64,000 nucleotides of DNA from Hydrolagus affinis (GCA_012026655.1 JAAILG010000157.1:1-64000), one strand, 5' to 3'. Shown: positions 50,126 through 63,325, counted from the stretch's first letter. A program made the numbers and translations. Notes: generated by a model not told the origin, from the sequence alone.

Positions 50126-50917
50126 GAGTCACAGTGAGTGTCTAGGCTTCAAAGGCATTTCAGGGCAATGAGGCTGATCTTGAATGCTAGATGACACAAT
50201 AATTGCTTCATGTATTGGAAAAGTCCACATAATGTGCAGTGGTACTATACCACCAACAGAGGTATCCAGGTTGAGCATTGTGCTGGAGGAAATGTAACCT
50301 TGGCTAAGGATACCTTGGATAAACTTCAATTTAATGGTGCGATGTTCTGAATAATGCAACGAGGCAATGCCCACTCAACCCTTTTCTCTAACGAGGCACA
50401 GCAGAGCTCTGCATGCACTTAAATCATATGCAGGTTCTGGAGTGCCTGTGAAACAAAGTTAGCTGACTATCCTGTCAGTTTTGTTTTAATTTAAAAAAAG
50501 CATTGAAGCAGTCCACTGATTCCCTTTCTACATCATAGCGTAAAGTTTCACATTTCGGCTTAGTATTGGTTTCGGCCGTATGATGGAAAGCTGACTTGGC
50601 AATGGGTACCAGTGTTGTCTCTCTATGCGCTCTCACACTGCGAGGAAATACATCGGATTCAGTGAAATTAAGCAACACATTTACTACTGATGAACCATGC
50701 AAAAACGACTGTGCAGGAACTGTTCAATGTAATCCCCATATTCTACTGCTTGGTAGTGAAACTGAAAATAATAATATTAAAAATAATAATCCTTGCATTT
50801 GATCTACCACAACAACTTGCATTTATATAGCTCTCCTTCCCGGAGAGCTCGACAGTGGTGGAGTCTGATCCACCAAATATAACACCTTAATCACATCAGT
50901 GAGATATCTCAAAGTTA

Positions 50918-51263
50918 AATAATAATAAATAATAATAATCCTTGCATTTGATATGGCGCTTTTCACATCTTATCGACGTCCCAAAGCGCTTCACAGAATA
51001 TACTGTAAAATTAATTGACTGTATATTTCTAGGCGAAGCGCAGCAGCCAATTGCGCACAGCAGTGTCCCACAAATAGCCTTGGATTGAAATGACCAATTT
51101 TATTATTGTGGTTTTTTTGGACGGATTATTATCAGACGTGTGGAGTAAGGAAACTTGCCCAAGGTTTCGCCCTGACCTGCCTGGATTCGAACACAGGTCT
51201 TCCCAGCTTGGTCTCCCCAGCTTGCAAAACAAGTGATCTAACCACTAAAGCCACAGGAGCTCC
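50918..51263 (-). mobile_element. Full-length SINE subfamily B
   Basis: Reverse complement of 26781-27207. Confidence 0.9.
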
Positions 51264-52515
51264 ATGAGTCTCCTGAGTCATTATGTAAAACATTTCCACC
51301 GAAACCAGGAAAAACTCAGAGCAAGAACATATGAAGACTTCCCTGGTTTATGGACGCTAGTTTCAAAATGGACCTGGAGTCGAGCTTTTATTGAATCATG
51401 TAAAGTAACACTATTGTTATTCATTTCTAAAATAACCACCAAGATGATGGAACAAAGCAAGGCTCCAACTTTAGATAGAGATACACTAGTTCCTTAAATC
51501 ATTGAAGTACAGTACTTGACTTTCAGGAACATAGTACGCACACCCAACCCTAAAAGACTATTATTACCTGGCACTCTACTTGAAAAGAGGATTGTGATCT
51601 ATAAAGAGCCTCATACTAAGACTTTTGTTGACATTCATTAATGCAAATTTGATGCATAGTTTCTTTGGCATTAAATACCCATTCACTCTTATAATTTTTC
51701 TAGTTGCATTTCTCTCTCCTCACCCCCCACCCTCCCCAATTTCAATTTGTTCAAATCACAAACTGACAGGGCAATGGAAGCTGTATGTCCAAGCAATCCC
51801 ACAGTGTGAGAAAAATACTAAATTCAGTGAAATTAAGCAAACGTTTTTCCTACAAATGTACCATAAGCTGCTCAGATCAGTGTCAGTTCACATCTTTAGT
51901 TCTAGAGAAAATGACGAAGAGAAAAGTTGGCCAAATGGTTGAAATATCATTCCACTTTCGTCTCCGACTAGACTTTTGGGTTCAGCTACCCCCACCCCCT
52001 CACTCAGCTTCCAATCCCAGTCCAGGTACTCTGCAGCATCGCTTTGAGGCAACACACAAGGCATTATATAAATTCATATTTTAGATTATTGCACAGCACA
52101 AAAAAATAGGAATTTTGAACCTCCCACAACACGCGCTGAGCTGTATTATGTCTCTCCCACTGGCTGATGAAGACTGAAATTTCGTTTCAATTTGCAGCAG
52201 GAACTGGTGTTGTATCAGCTGTCAAAACCGCCTCACCCTCTCATTTCCACCCCCCACCCCCATCAACATTTTTATATTACACAGTACAGCATTCTAAAGT
52301 TACTCTTACTGCCACAGGCGCTGGAGGTGCTGGAATGTGTGTTGGGAGGTGTAAATTCCCGCTTGGTTTGTTTGATGTGCTATTGTTGAAAATGAAACGC
52401 GTAAGATTTCTTTTTACAATTGGAGGTGAGTAAATCACTTCCCCCCACCCCACCCCCACAGCCAGACAAGTTTCACTGACTGACTTGCCTCTTCTCATCC
52501 TGTTAAAAAAAAAGG

Positions 52516-52527
52516 ATTGACGTCAAT
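52516..52527. promoter_or_regulatory. Perfect palindromic CRE (ATTGACGTCAAT) upstream of the RASEF-like gene
   Basis: TGACGTCA at 52518-52525, about 390 bp upstream of the ATG, next to CT/CA repeats and a CpG-richer first exon. Confidence 0.45.
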
Positions 52528-52905
52528 AAGTCTCTCTCTCTCTCACACACACACACGCACAACACGTCAAAAACTAGAAAGTCACTGGGGGAAGTTTGAA
52601 GTTTCATCCCCTACGTTTCACTCAACACAACTGTGCAAGTTGAGAGCTACCTGTTGTGGACACACACACATACACACACAGAGCAGAGCAGACACCTTAC
52701 AGCTTTGATCACCTTGGCTTTTGAGTTTAAGATTCATTTTAAGGAAGGGAGAGGAAAGAGTGGAGGTGGTGGTGGAAGAAGAAATACCTTTTTTTTGAAG
52801 GGGGTGGTTTGGGGTTAGTTTGTCTCTCTGTGTGTGTGGGTCTGTGTGTGAGTGTGTTTGGTTTGTTCCTGTGTGTTCTTGAATCTGATCAGATTGGAGT
52901 GACGA

Positions 52906-53243
52906 ATGGGGGAGGAAGGACGGCAAGCCATGACTCGACCTGACTTAAGGCGACTTTTCTCGGCTTGTGATCTGAACCGGTCGGGGCTGATCGAGTTTGA
53001 GGACTTCTCCGGCGTGTGCGGGGAGCTGAGCGTCAGTCAGTCCCAGATCAGTCCCCTCTTCCAGAGGCTGGACGTCGATAACGACGGGATCATCAACTTC
53101 AACGATTTCACCGCCGGCTTTGAGGAGTTTTCAGAAATATACGATTTGTCCGCTCTGGCATCCGACGACTCACAGTTTGCACAACAGCTGGCTTGCAATC
53201 AGTTTGAGGATCGATTTGGAAAAGAAGTCCAGTACCTGCGGAG
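52906..53243 (+). CDS. rasef2: RASEF (Rab45)-family protein, coding exon 1 (two EF-hands); probably paralog rasef2
   Basis: LRRLFSACDLNRSGLIEFEDF...LFQRLDVDNDGIINFNDFTAGF resembles the RASEF N-terminus. Donor AG|GTACCT, phase 2. An alternative in-frame ATG at 52930 has context GCCATG. The exon is CpG-enriched. Confidence 0.85.
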
Positions 53244-54847
53244 GTACCTTACCGGCTTTCATTTCAAAACAGCCCCATTTCTTACTTGCTTTCTTCTTTT
53301 GTCTTTGATGGCTTTAAAGGCGGCTGAGATTCCAGCCCGGTAATCACTCGGCATTAACGGCTTGAGATATAAGAGAAGGGGAGGGAAGCAGCAGGTTGCC
53401 TGATCATGTTCAGGTGGAAAAAGAAAACCTTAAAGCAGTTAATAATCATCGTAGCATTTGATACAGCGCCTTATCACGTTTTTGAAATGTCTCAAAACGC
53501 TTCACGGAATATACAGAATGTATAAGTGTATGTAAAGTGAATTGGCTATTTTGTGGGCGCAAAATATATATACTCTGTGGAGCGGTTTAAGACAGCTCGA
53601 TGACGTGATAAGGCGCTAAAACAAACTTAAGGATTGTTATCATAAGTGAGAGTTAGTTAAGAGCAGCAGACGCCTTGGGATGTCCTCTCGATGTGACAGG
53701 AGCTATACAAATGTAATTTGTTGTTGTTGTTGATACTTGGTGAAAGTTGCTGGTCAAAATTCCGCGTAAAATTGATCTGTTGAAGCAGATTCCACACTGG
53801 AGTTTTCTTCTTTTATTTTGGCACTGTGGGTGTGTGCGATCCAAATGTTTTGCAATCTGCCTTGTCCACGTGTAGCAATGACAAACTGGCTATTTCTCAA
53901 CTGACTTAAAAGCATCACAAATGAAACTGAAGGGAACTAGTTCAGCAGAAACTCTGGGGAGTGAGGATTAGCTTGCATGGTTGAGGAAATTCAAATAGTG
54001 AAGTTGCTGTGGCTTATTCTCAAACAAATTACAGAGTCATACTGGGTTGGGTACTAAGGCAGAAATTATAGTTCCTAGTATCAGGCTGTTGTACATGTGT
54101 AATTTCCTCTTGTTCTCTACACCTGGGCAGTTCAGAGCAGGTCAACCCATGCTCGAATCAATAATAATAATAATGCTTGCATTGATATAACGCTTTATCA
54201 CATGTTCGAGACACCTCAAAGCGCTTCATCGAATATATTGTAAAGTGAATTGGCTATTTTGTGGGTGAAATCATACATCTTAACTCAATAAATACTAGTC
54301 GAGTTTGCTTAACGTTATACTTTGTAGGGCTGGATGAAACCGTAACATTTTACATAATTCAACAAAAAGAAAACTTCCCTTATTATCATTTAATAAATCA
54401 TTTATAAATACTTCTGCACTGTTCCAAAAGTATTTATAATTTCAAAGAAGGATTCAAGTGCCTTGGAATGTCCTACCAACATGAAAGGCACTATACAATT
54501 TAATTTATTGTTTTATAGTAACAGCCTCTTCTCAATGATCTTCCATTAATCTGCTCTGCTCTCCCATTGGACTGTCTATCTGTCCCTTGGTATAGATTTC
54601 AGCTGCCTGAGTGACATCTGTAACAAAGTACAAACTTATGCAGTTTGAAGTTTCTAACAGGATTCGTTCTCACAATGGTGAGAGTTCTGATTTCAAGTTA
54701 TAAAGTAGTGATGAAACAAAGCCTGCTGGACCTAGAGTGCTGTATACAGTTCTGGTTCTCTGTTATATGAAGAAGATTGCGCAAGATGTAAGTAAGTGAG
54801 TAGATGAAGAAGCCCAATTCCCAATAATAATGCACAAGCAATGGTTC

Positions 54848-54889
54848 AATGAATGAATGAATCAATCAATCAATCAATCAAAATGAATA
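54848..54889. repeat. Compound (AATG)n/(AATC)n microsatellite
   Basis: AATGAATGAATGAATCAATCAATCAATCAATC. Confidence 0.8.
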
Positions 54890-57385
54890 GATGGAAAAGC
54901 AATATGCAATCTCCAAAAAAGATCATATCAAGAGCAATCATAGAATCATAGCATGTCACAGCACAGAAGGAAGCCATTCATCCCATCGTGGATATGCCAG
55001 GCACTTTGGGAGAGCTACTACCCCCCCACTCTCCTCCCATTCCATCTTTCATTTTTCATGCATACTGTGAGCCCACTATTCATTGGGTTGACAGAACCTC
55101 TGGCTTGTTTCTCTTTGGAGCGCTGAACCTAAAAGATCATTTGTAATGAAGAAATTGAATGAATGAACTTGAAATTATTTGGGCATTTTGAGTTACCGGT
55201 ACTCTTTTGCTGACTGACTCCTAAATGCTGTTTCTTCTTGATTGTCACTGACATTGACACCTTGGAATGTTGTAGCTTCAGTTTTGGGCTGATCAAGTCC
55301 AATGACTTGGTGAGATTTAAAGATGGGACGTCCTCTTAATGTGAAAGGTGCTATTTAAATGTAAGTTTTGATTGATTAATGAAGATAGAAGAAGGGTATT
55401 TCCTTCCCATTGACAATTGATTCAAATTCCTGTAATTTCCCCAGTGGCATTCGTCCTATTGTTTGCTAAATGAAATCTAACATACAAGAGAACCCAATTT
55501 TCCTCGGTTAATGTTAGAGAAAATGTAGGTGTGTTAAATGGGTAGGTGAAATCACATGAAAGATTATGAATTTTTGGCACTATTCTCAGTATTCTTGCTC
55601 CTCACAGGAGTAAAAAAAGAATAAAAGCCAATTAAGTATTTTTAAAGCTTCATTAAACTGCACCCAAATTGCTATCTCTTCATCTGACTAACCCTTATGT
55701 ACTTAGATCAAGGATGATATTGTTATTCTACCTTCTGAATGAAGGCACTCTTTTGTACCAAGCTAGCACCCTTCACGTGAGTTAGCGTCCTGGACCACTT
55801 GACAGTGCCAGATTCTAACACCAAATAAGGGGGAGGTGGCCATAAGCACAATCAGAAAGGAAGGTCTTCAGGTGGGATTTGAAAGTGGAGAGAGAGTGAT
55901 CAAGGCAGAGAGATTAGGGGAGAGTTTCAGAGAGTGTTAGGGCATAGTGGCTAATGGCATGGTCACTGATGATGGAGCAGATGGATCAAACGAACAGAGC
56001 TGGGCAATACAGAAATGTACTGCTGTACCAATTGTTACTATTTGTGTTTCACCTGGTAACTTGTATTTTGTAATATTAATTCCAAGTCAAAAATCAAGTG
56101 TGTGGTTCTGCATTATTTTCATTTAAACAAGTACAAACAGCAACCTGTGGGTGTCAATTTCCTAAGCTAGGTGTGGTTAGATGGGATTATCATCATGTAC
56201 TTTGGTTGAATGTAAACACCAATTCAGTTTGTTTTCTTATTCCTAACAAAAGAACCTCGCACAATTATTAATATACCAATACAATATTTTCAAATGCTTG
56301 ATGTAATGTATTATTGCCAAACAACAATGAAAATGACTCTATGAGTAGACTATCTTTTGCAATACCATTGCTTCAGTCATAAAAACGATTGTGCAGGAAA
56401 AAAAATCAGATATTCAGTGATACATTTACACTGTTATGTTATTCCACTTTTTTGAATCATATGGATTTGAGCAGAATGCGGTGAGATCTGGTAACATTTA
56501 ACATGGGTACCATCAGACGCAACAAAAATCACCCACATTATTGTGCCCTGGATTTTCAGATGCAAATTAACTGAGTGTTGCAATTCACCTGAGTGAAAAT
56601 GGTTTCATGCACATCCCAAATATGCCATTAGTACCTAGAAAGGCTGCCAAAATTTATTCAATGAAGGAAACACTAGTGCTTTCCTTTTGCTTTGTCTTTA
56701 GCTTCAATCAATCTACAAAAATCATGTGAGTTATCATAACTGATTGAATTAGTTTCAAATACAGCCTTAGTTTCACAGTCAGTTCATTTTACAGTATACT
56801 CTAAAAAAAGCACTTTGAGACGTCTCAAAGACGTCTTGAGGTGCTAGATCAAATGCAGGGATTATTATTAATTGTGCAATAAATTTGACACAACAACAAA
56901 ATTACATTTGTACAGCACTTTTCAAAGTTAGGAGGACATCCCAAGCTGCCCAAGACACAAAATGAGCAAAGGAAACTAAATGAATCACGAAAGCTAACAA
57001 AAATAAAGTGCTCGGAGCGGCTGTTTAGCATTAATCTCGAGTTAAATAACATCTAAATTAATACAGATCAAGTTAGCTCTCTAAAACAACAAATGTAGAG
57101 CATATGATTAATTCAGTAATAAATATATTGAACAATAAAACAATCGTTACATTGGATATCATGTGGTTGAGACTTCTCAAAGCAGTTCTCAGAATATACT
57201 ATAAGCTGAACTGACTGCATATTTTGTGATGTAAGACAACCGCCAATTGGGCACAGCAACATCCCAGAAAGTTATTTTTCGAAGAAAAACTTTAGTGTCA
57301 CAGTTGGTTTTTTTCCGCCAGTTTGAGATGATGACCAAACCGTCTTATCTATTTGCTTAAAAAAAGTTACATCACATATGGTATA

Positions 57386-57869
57386 CAGGTACCCCGCCCC
57401 AACCCGCGGTCTTTTCAACCATGGATTTCACATATCCAAGGTTTCCTCTCTGCGACAACCTTTGCCAATCGCGGCAGTGAATTTTGCATATCCACGGGTT
57501 TTAACACTTACACTAGCGTTTGGCGCTAGGACCCAGTTGCATCAACCGGCCACGATCTCGCTTCGCGCTAGCGTTTGGTGCTAGGACCCAGTTGCGATGT
57601 CGCAATCAACCACGATGTCACAATGTCGCTTCTCTCTTAGGATTAACATAAATAACATGAATTTATTGTTTTTTATATTGTTTTTGATTGTGTTATTTGA
57701 ACATGTATTGTGTTTGTTAGGTTATTGTGTATTTTTTTTGTGTTTAGTAAAAGAACAAGCAACTTACTCCCCCTAACCCTATGTTTTCCACAGGCCTTTG
57801 CCAACTGCGGGTTTATTAACCATGGGGGTTTTCAGGAACATATCCCCCTCGGTTGGTGGGGGATACCTT
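57386..57869. mobile_element. Tigger/pogo-like non-autonomous DNA transposon
   Basis: Imperfect TIRs CAGGTACCCCGCCCCAACC / GGTTGGTGGGGGATACCTT, TA-flanked. CpG-richer interior with an internal 28-bp direct repeat. Confidence 0.7.
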
Positions 57870-58821
57870 TATTGTTTTCTGGATGAACTGCCTACTGTTG
57901 GTGAAATGACCATTCAGGCTTGGGGACCCTGGACACCGGTGTTGAGGTTCCTACAAAGGAATCAATTGGTACCTGATGAGGTGCAGCTGAGGATAAAGCT
58001 CAATTGTAATTGGGAATAGAGGTCTTAAAGCCTGGAATGTGAATGCACACACAAGATTCTGGCCTTAGCTATGTGACCTGTCCTAAATGAACAATGCTAT
58101 AGATAGATAGAGGGAGGAAGAAAGAAATAAGCCAATTCTAACAGGTATTAGCCCTGAAACAAAGCAAATCCTTTTGAACCCAATCAGTTTATTTTTCTCA
58201 ATAAGCAAGAGCTGAATTTAGGGGAGACTTTGTCAAAGTGGAGCCCGCACATAGAGTTATGAAATTAAATCTAAATCTCGGCTGACAGACAAACAAACAA
58301 ACCCCTGCCATTCAGGGAAACTTAGGAGTCATTCATTGTAAATGCAAATACAATAATTATTATACATAGTTTGTTCAACGCAGGAACTCATCTGCTCGAT
58401 TGCAGCATTTAAAATCCAGCCTCTGACTACTGGGATTGGAGGAGTAAGAGATTAGTATTAATTGAGGCAGCGCCTCTATCAGTCTGTCCTCAGAAAGTCA
58501 GTATAAGAGCTTTGTGTCCCCATCACTTTAAAGTACTCTATGTCTGGTCTCCAGATGAGAGGTAAGTAATTTAGGAACTTTATTCTAACAATATATAAGA
58601 AATGGCTTTTAAACTCTGAACTAATATCCAGAACACTATAGTTAATCGACTCATTTTGCCAAACTTACATAGTCTTTTTAGTTATGTAGTTGTAATGTGC
58701 CAAGTTAATCAATCAGTGAGTCTCTGGAGTGATTTGTAGTTAGAAATAAGGATGTTTGGAAATGCATTGTTAAAGGGAATAGTTCAACTTTAACTATAAT
58801 TTTTTACTCCTTTTTAACCAG

Positions 58822-58971
58822 CCGAGAAAAGCTAGCTGATTTCTATCAACAAATTTGTATGCATACTGATCATGATATGGTTCAAGAGTTCAATAAATTG
58901 ATCAACGGTTTGATAAAAGACAATAAGATCCAGAATATAGAGACAGAGAAGTTGGAATTGACGCTGAAAAG
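58822..58971 (+). CDS. rasef2: RASEF-like coding exon 2
   Basis: ACCAG acceptor. (S)REKLADFYQQICMHTDHDMVQEFNKLINGLIKDNKIQNIETEKLELTLK(R). Donor GTGAGT. Phase 2-2. Confidence 0.88.
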
Positions 58972-59004
58972 GTGAGTGTGGTGGCACTTCTTTCAATGCG
59001 ATCT

Positions 59005-59311
59005 TAATAATGATAACCCTTACATTTGTCAGAGCACTTCATGCCTTCTAGATGTCTCAAAGCGCTTCACAGAATATACTCTAAAGTGAATTGACTGTAT
59101 ATTTGTGGGTGAAACACGGCAGCCAATTGCTTGCAGCAGTGTCCCACAAACAGTCATGGATTGAAATGACCAATCTATTATTGATTTTTTTTGAGGGATT
59201 ATTATCAGGCATGTGGTAAGGAACCTTGCACAAGGTTTTGTGCTGCGAGGAATTGAACCCAGGTCTCTAGATTGTAAAGCGAGTGCTCTAACCACTGAGT
59301 TACATGACTCC
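59005..59311 (-). mobile_element. Full-length SINE subfamily A
   Basis: Reverse complement of 554-860. It lies about 35 bp from the exon 2 donor. Confidence 0.88.
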
Positions 59312-59989
59312 ATTTATTAGACCCCATTCTAATAATCCTTGCATTTGGTATAGTGCCTTATCACAGCGTTGAAACATCTCAAAGAGCTTTGCAGAATTTT
59401 ACTGTAAACTGTATTTTCAGGCAAACTGAGCACCAAATGTGTGCACAGCAATGTTTGGTGTCTTTTCTCAATAAATTTATACATTTACTTTATTAGCTAT
59501 TGAGTATACATCCCAAGAAAAAATACGGTTGTGCTGTCTTCGTAACAATGTTGTTTTTGTTACTTTTTGAGGCAGAAACCAATTTTGTCATTATTGCATC
59601 AAGGCAATTTAATGGGTGTGCATTGTGGTTGATGAATGTTTTGACACTGTCAACATTGAACATCGTAGTTTGTCTTCAAAGGCTTCCTACTCAATTGCTC
59701 CACTTGGACTACTTCACAAATAGCAGGGAGTGGTGGGGAGAGAAATCTTTCATAGTAGGGTTTGAAGCAGTCCTTGTCTGTAATAAGTTATTGCTCAACA
59801 CAATGTTTCTTTCACCCCTGTTTCTGCTAATGATTCTGTGTTGCTCAAATCAACCTGAAGCTTTTAAGTCACTAACTCTTTGGGAAACATAAAACTTAAT
59901 ATTGGTTTTCAGTCTGGTCACTGATGCTGAAACAGCGCTTAAAAGTTACTCGTATGTAGTTGGGCTGGGAGAAAATTGCAGCCCTGAAA

Positions 59990-60470
59990 CTTTTCCTTTA
60001 AAAGAGACGTTAAACAAAATATCCTAGTCTGCTTGTTTAGGTGAATGTGAAAGATGAGAGAGTTTCTCCTGTTGTCCGCCAAATGAAAATTCGTCACTCA
60101 CTCCTTGGATATTTACGGGACTCCATCCTGCAGCCCCTCCGCCTTGCTTCCTACCTTTCCTCCTTCAAGGCCAGTCTCAAGACCTTCCTCTTCGACCGTG
60201 CCTTTGGCTCCCCAACTAACTCTTTCCCCTCTCCTTCGCCCTACCCCGACCACCCCCCCCCCCCACACACCCCACCACTTGGGTCCCGACCTGACTGTTC
60301 AGCGCTTTGGGACATCATCCTGACGTGAAAGGCGCTATACAAGTGCAATTTTGTTGTTGTTGGGATGTTGCTGTGCACAAAATTGGCTGCTATACAATCA
60401 AACCGTTTTACAGTGAAGCGCTTTGAGATGCCTTGATGACACGATAAGGTGCACTATCAAACGCATTTAT
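59990..60470 (+). mobile_element. Old Deu SINE with nested L2 3' end (about 60115-60361)
   Basis: The Deu sequence stops at ...CACTCACTCCTTGGATATTT and resumes at GGGATGTTGCTGTGCAC. Between them is an L2 piece encoding SSFKASLKTFLFDRAF plus a (TGT)n tail. Confidence 0.8.
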
Positions 60471-62136
60471 TTTAATTAAGATTATGTGCTCCCTTTTGAC
60501 CCATCAACCCATCCAGTGCTCTCATTTGGACCATCCTGGTGGATAGTTCATTGGGAAAATGCAGTCGCTGTGGTCATTAAGATTTGCAGTTTCTGGGCTG
60601 TGATTTTCTTACTCAATGTCAAACTATTCTCTGATATAGAAATGCATCACATTAAAAGGCTAATAAAATCGAACCGTATTTTATCTTCACCTGTACTTTA
60701 CCCTGGACCCCCTAGATACTATTGTACATCAGGGAGATGGCATCCACCTTGGCTTTTGGTTGAAAACTGTTCTAAAGGTTATAAAACACTAAAGATTTCC
60801 ATGGTTGCTTTGTGAATACAACAGGTCCCACTTTTATGATTATAAATCAAACGTTGCTACTTGCTGAACTAGTTACTTTAATTGTGGCATTAGTGTAGGC
60901 TGCTCATGCCCTGGTGGTTACTAGCACTTAGTATGAACAGCCGGCTAAGCATGATTGAAAGTTACATACAGTGTAAATTTAGATGATCAAACACACTTGG
61001 CGTATTGTTTCTAATCCTGTTGGGGATTATTGGGTATCATCTGTGGAATCAAATCAGATAGCAGTATCACTCAGGATATTGGTCAGGGTGAAATATTAAG
61101 GGAGTCTTTTAGAAGGCAAAACAGAGAAATAATCAGTTGCACATTTAATCCAGTTTTATGGAGGGAGCTGATTAGATCAATGACTTCTATCAATGACACA
61201 GTGTAACTTCTACTTTTATTGAGTCATCGAGGGTTAAATTGAAGTGCATTTTATTGCGCCATTTTCAGGACAGAGAAACCTTGCAATGTCTTGAAGGATA
61301 AAACATAATAAATGTTCATTTTCACCACAATGGTTTGTGGTAATTCTATGGAAATTCCTTTAAGCAGAAAGAGCCTTTAGGGACAGTACATAACACCCAA
61401 GAGTTCTACAATTTCCCTTGTAAATGTCAGTGGATGAAAATCACTTATTTATATAAGTGATTTTTGGATTCGTCTGAAAACGCAAACCATCATAATGACC
61501 AAAATTGAGAGTTTTTAGAATTAACTGGAATGGTTCACTGTGCAAACGTATCCACCACATGTTAGGATTGTTCTCTCAATGTCCCAAATACATCACAATA
61601 CAAACTGATGCAAAGCTATTATTATTTTCTTTTTGAGAGTCTTTTCTTGAAGTGGGGACTTGAAAGAAATTGTGCAATCAGCTCAACAACCAATTATTCA
61701 GCTGGTGAATTTGAGAAACTTAATAAAAAAAGATTACTCATCTTTACAGAGCATTTATTTACAGCCTCAAGAATTCACAGACTTGTTATTGTGCTTTCTT
61801 CTACAGCAATGATGCAGAAAGTGAGCTTGCTATTAAATTCAAGTGTTGGCACCCAGTGGAAACTAATGAGTTTCTGTGCAATCCTGTGGTTCTCTTGATC
61901 TTTTAACCCTTGGATAGCTACTGCAAGGATGTTTACATCAGTGGGCAAGAATATCACCAGCTCTCTGATAAGATTGATAACCTTAAGATTGATGACTTTT
62001 AAGTGTCATCTGGAGAGCTAGAAACTTTTTATAGTTTACAAAGCCTAATTTGGCATGCAATTGGCAATGATAGCAGTGTTGTCTGGCAGCCAATCCATGG
62101 TGAGCATTATGAGTGTTTAAAATTAAATAATACAGT

Positions 62137-62440
62137 AATAATAATCCTTGCATTTGATATAGTGCTTTTCACATCTTCTAGGCATCTCAAAGTGCTTCAC
62201 AGAATATACTGTAAAGTGAATTGACTGTGTGTGTGTGATAGATAGGCAGGCGAAACAGCCAGTTGCGCACTGCAGTGTCCTACATCAGTCATGGATTGAA
62301 ATGACCAATTGTTTTTTGAGGTGTTATTATTAGGTGTGTGGAGTAAAGAAACTTGGCCAGGGTTTCACCCTGCCTGGAAGTGAAACCAGGTCCCTTGCTT
62401 ATAAGGCGAGTGCTCTAACCACTAAGGCACAAGATTTCGC
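62137..62440 (-). mobile_element. Near full-length SINE subfamily A
   Basis: Reverse complement of 554-860, with a short TG expansion. Confidence 0.88.
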
Positions 62441-62582
62441 AAGGAGATTATAAGAACACCATTCAGCGCTGCACATTCAGTAATGCTAATAGTAATACCT
62501 ATTTAAAATCCAATTTTCCTTGCAGTTGAACAGTACCTTTGAACTTCCCATGTAAAACTATTGACTTCTGATATTGTTGTAG

Positions 62583-62673
62583 AACAGTGGAAATGGCCAC
62601 AGCACGGTTGGCTGAAATGGACGAAGATATGCAACAGCAGGCATCCACACTGGAGAAGAAAATCCATGCAGAG
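62583..62673 (+). CDS. rasef2: RASEF-like coding exon 3 (coiled coil)
   Basis: TGTAG acceptor. TVEMATARLAEMDEDMQQQASTLEKKIHAE, comparable to the RASEF/CRACR2 L.E.EEEMD.RI motif. Donor GTATGA. Phase 2-0. Confidence 0.88.
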
Positions 62674-63229
62674 GTATGATCCCAGTCATCCCATTGGGAT
62701 GATTGTAAATTTATGCATTGTACTGGCTCCCCAAAAGGCCAATTGGGGTTTGTAGACGTGATTGCTACCAGCAACGATTAATCATTTACTATTCCTGCAT
62801 TCTTTTGCAATCTGGAACTAAACTATGCAGGAATGTTGTATAGATTTCTGTGTTCTTCTTAAGGATGCAGTGTTCCCCTTTTAAGCATTAGCAAATAGGA
62901 GAACTGATGCAACAGAATATGCTGCAAGTTGAATTCGGTTAAAGTACAATGACTGAAAATTTATGAGGACTTTTGCATTTCATTTTTTTTTCCACTGAGC
63001 AAAAGGACAATTTCTCTATGTAGGAAAGTTATATTTGGGAGAAGTAAGGTGCAGAAGATGTATTCTTCAATAAAGTGGTCAAGAGAATATTGTTTTAAAT
63101 TGCAGTGGTAACTTGAGGGGTTTACTTGCTCACTTGCCACGAGTGCCTGAGCACTGAAGAACGGTTGCAGCCTTTAGAGATGAGGATGTGACAAATCATA
63201 ACTTGCTACTTGGTTCTGGACTGTTTCAG

Positions 63230-63325
63230 GAACAGTTGAAACTGGAGGCAAAAATGGCAGAGGTGCAGAAACGACATGAGGCTGAAGTGACTGATCTGCA
63301 GGCAGTCATCGACCGGATGAAAAAG
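63230..63325 (+). CDS. rasef2: RASEF-like coding exon 4 (coiled coil)
   Basis: TTTCAG acceptor. EQLKLEAKMAEVQKRHEAEVTDLQAVIDRMKK. Donor GTAAAG. 96 nt, phase 0-0. Confidence 0.88.

Noticed and set aside
53244-53343. ORF continuation past the RASEF-like exon 1 donor (possible EF-hand-only isoform)
   Set aside because: It reads through a pyrimidine-rich intron start. The phase-2 donor at 53243 matches exon 2, and nothing in the sequence supports retention.
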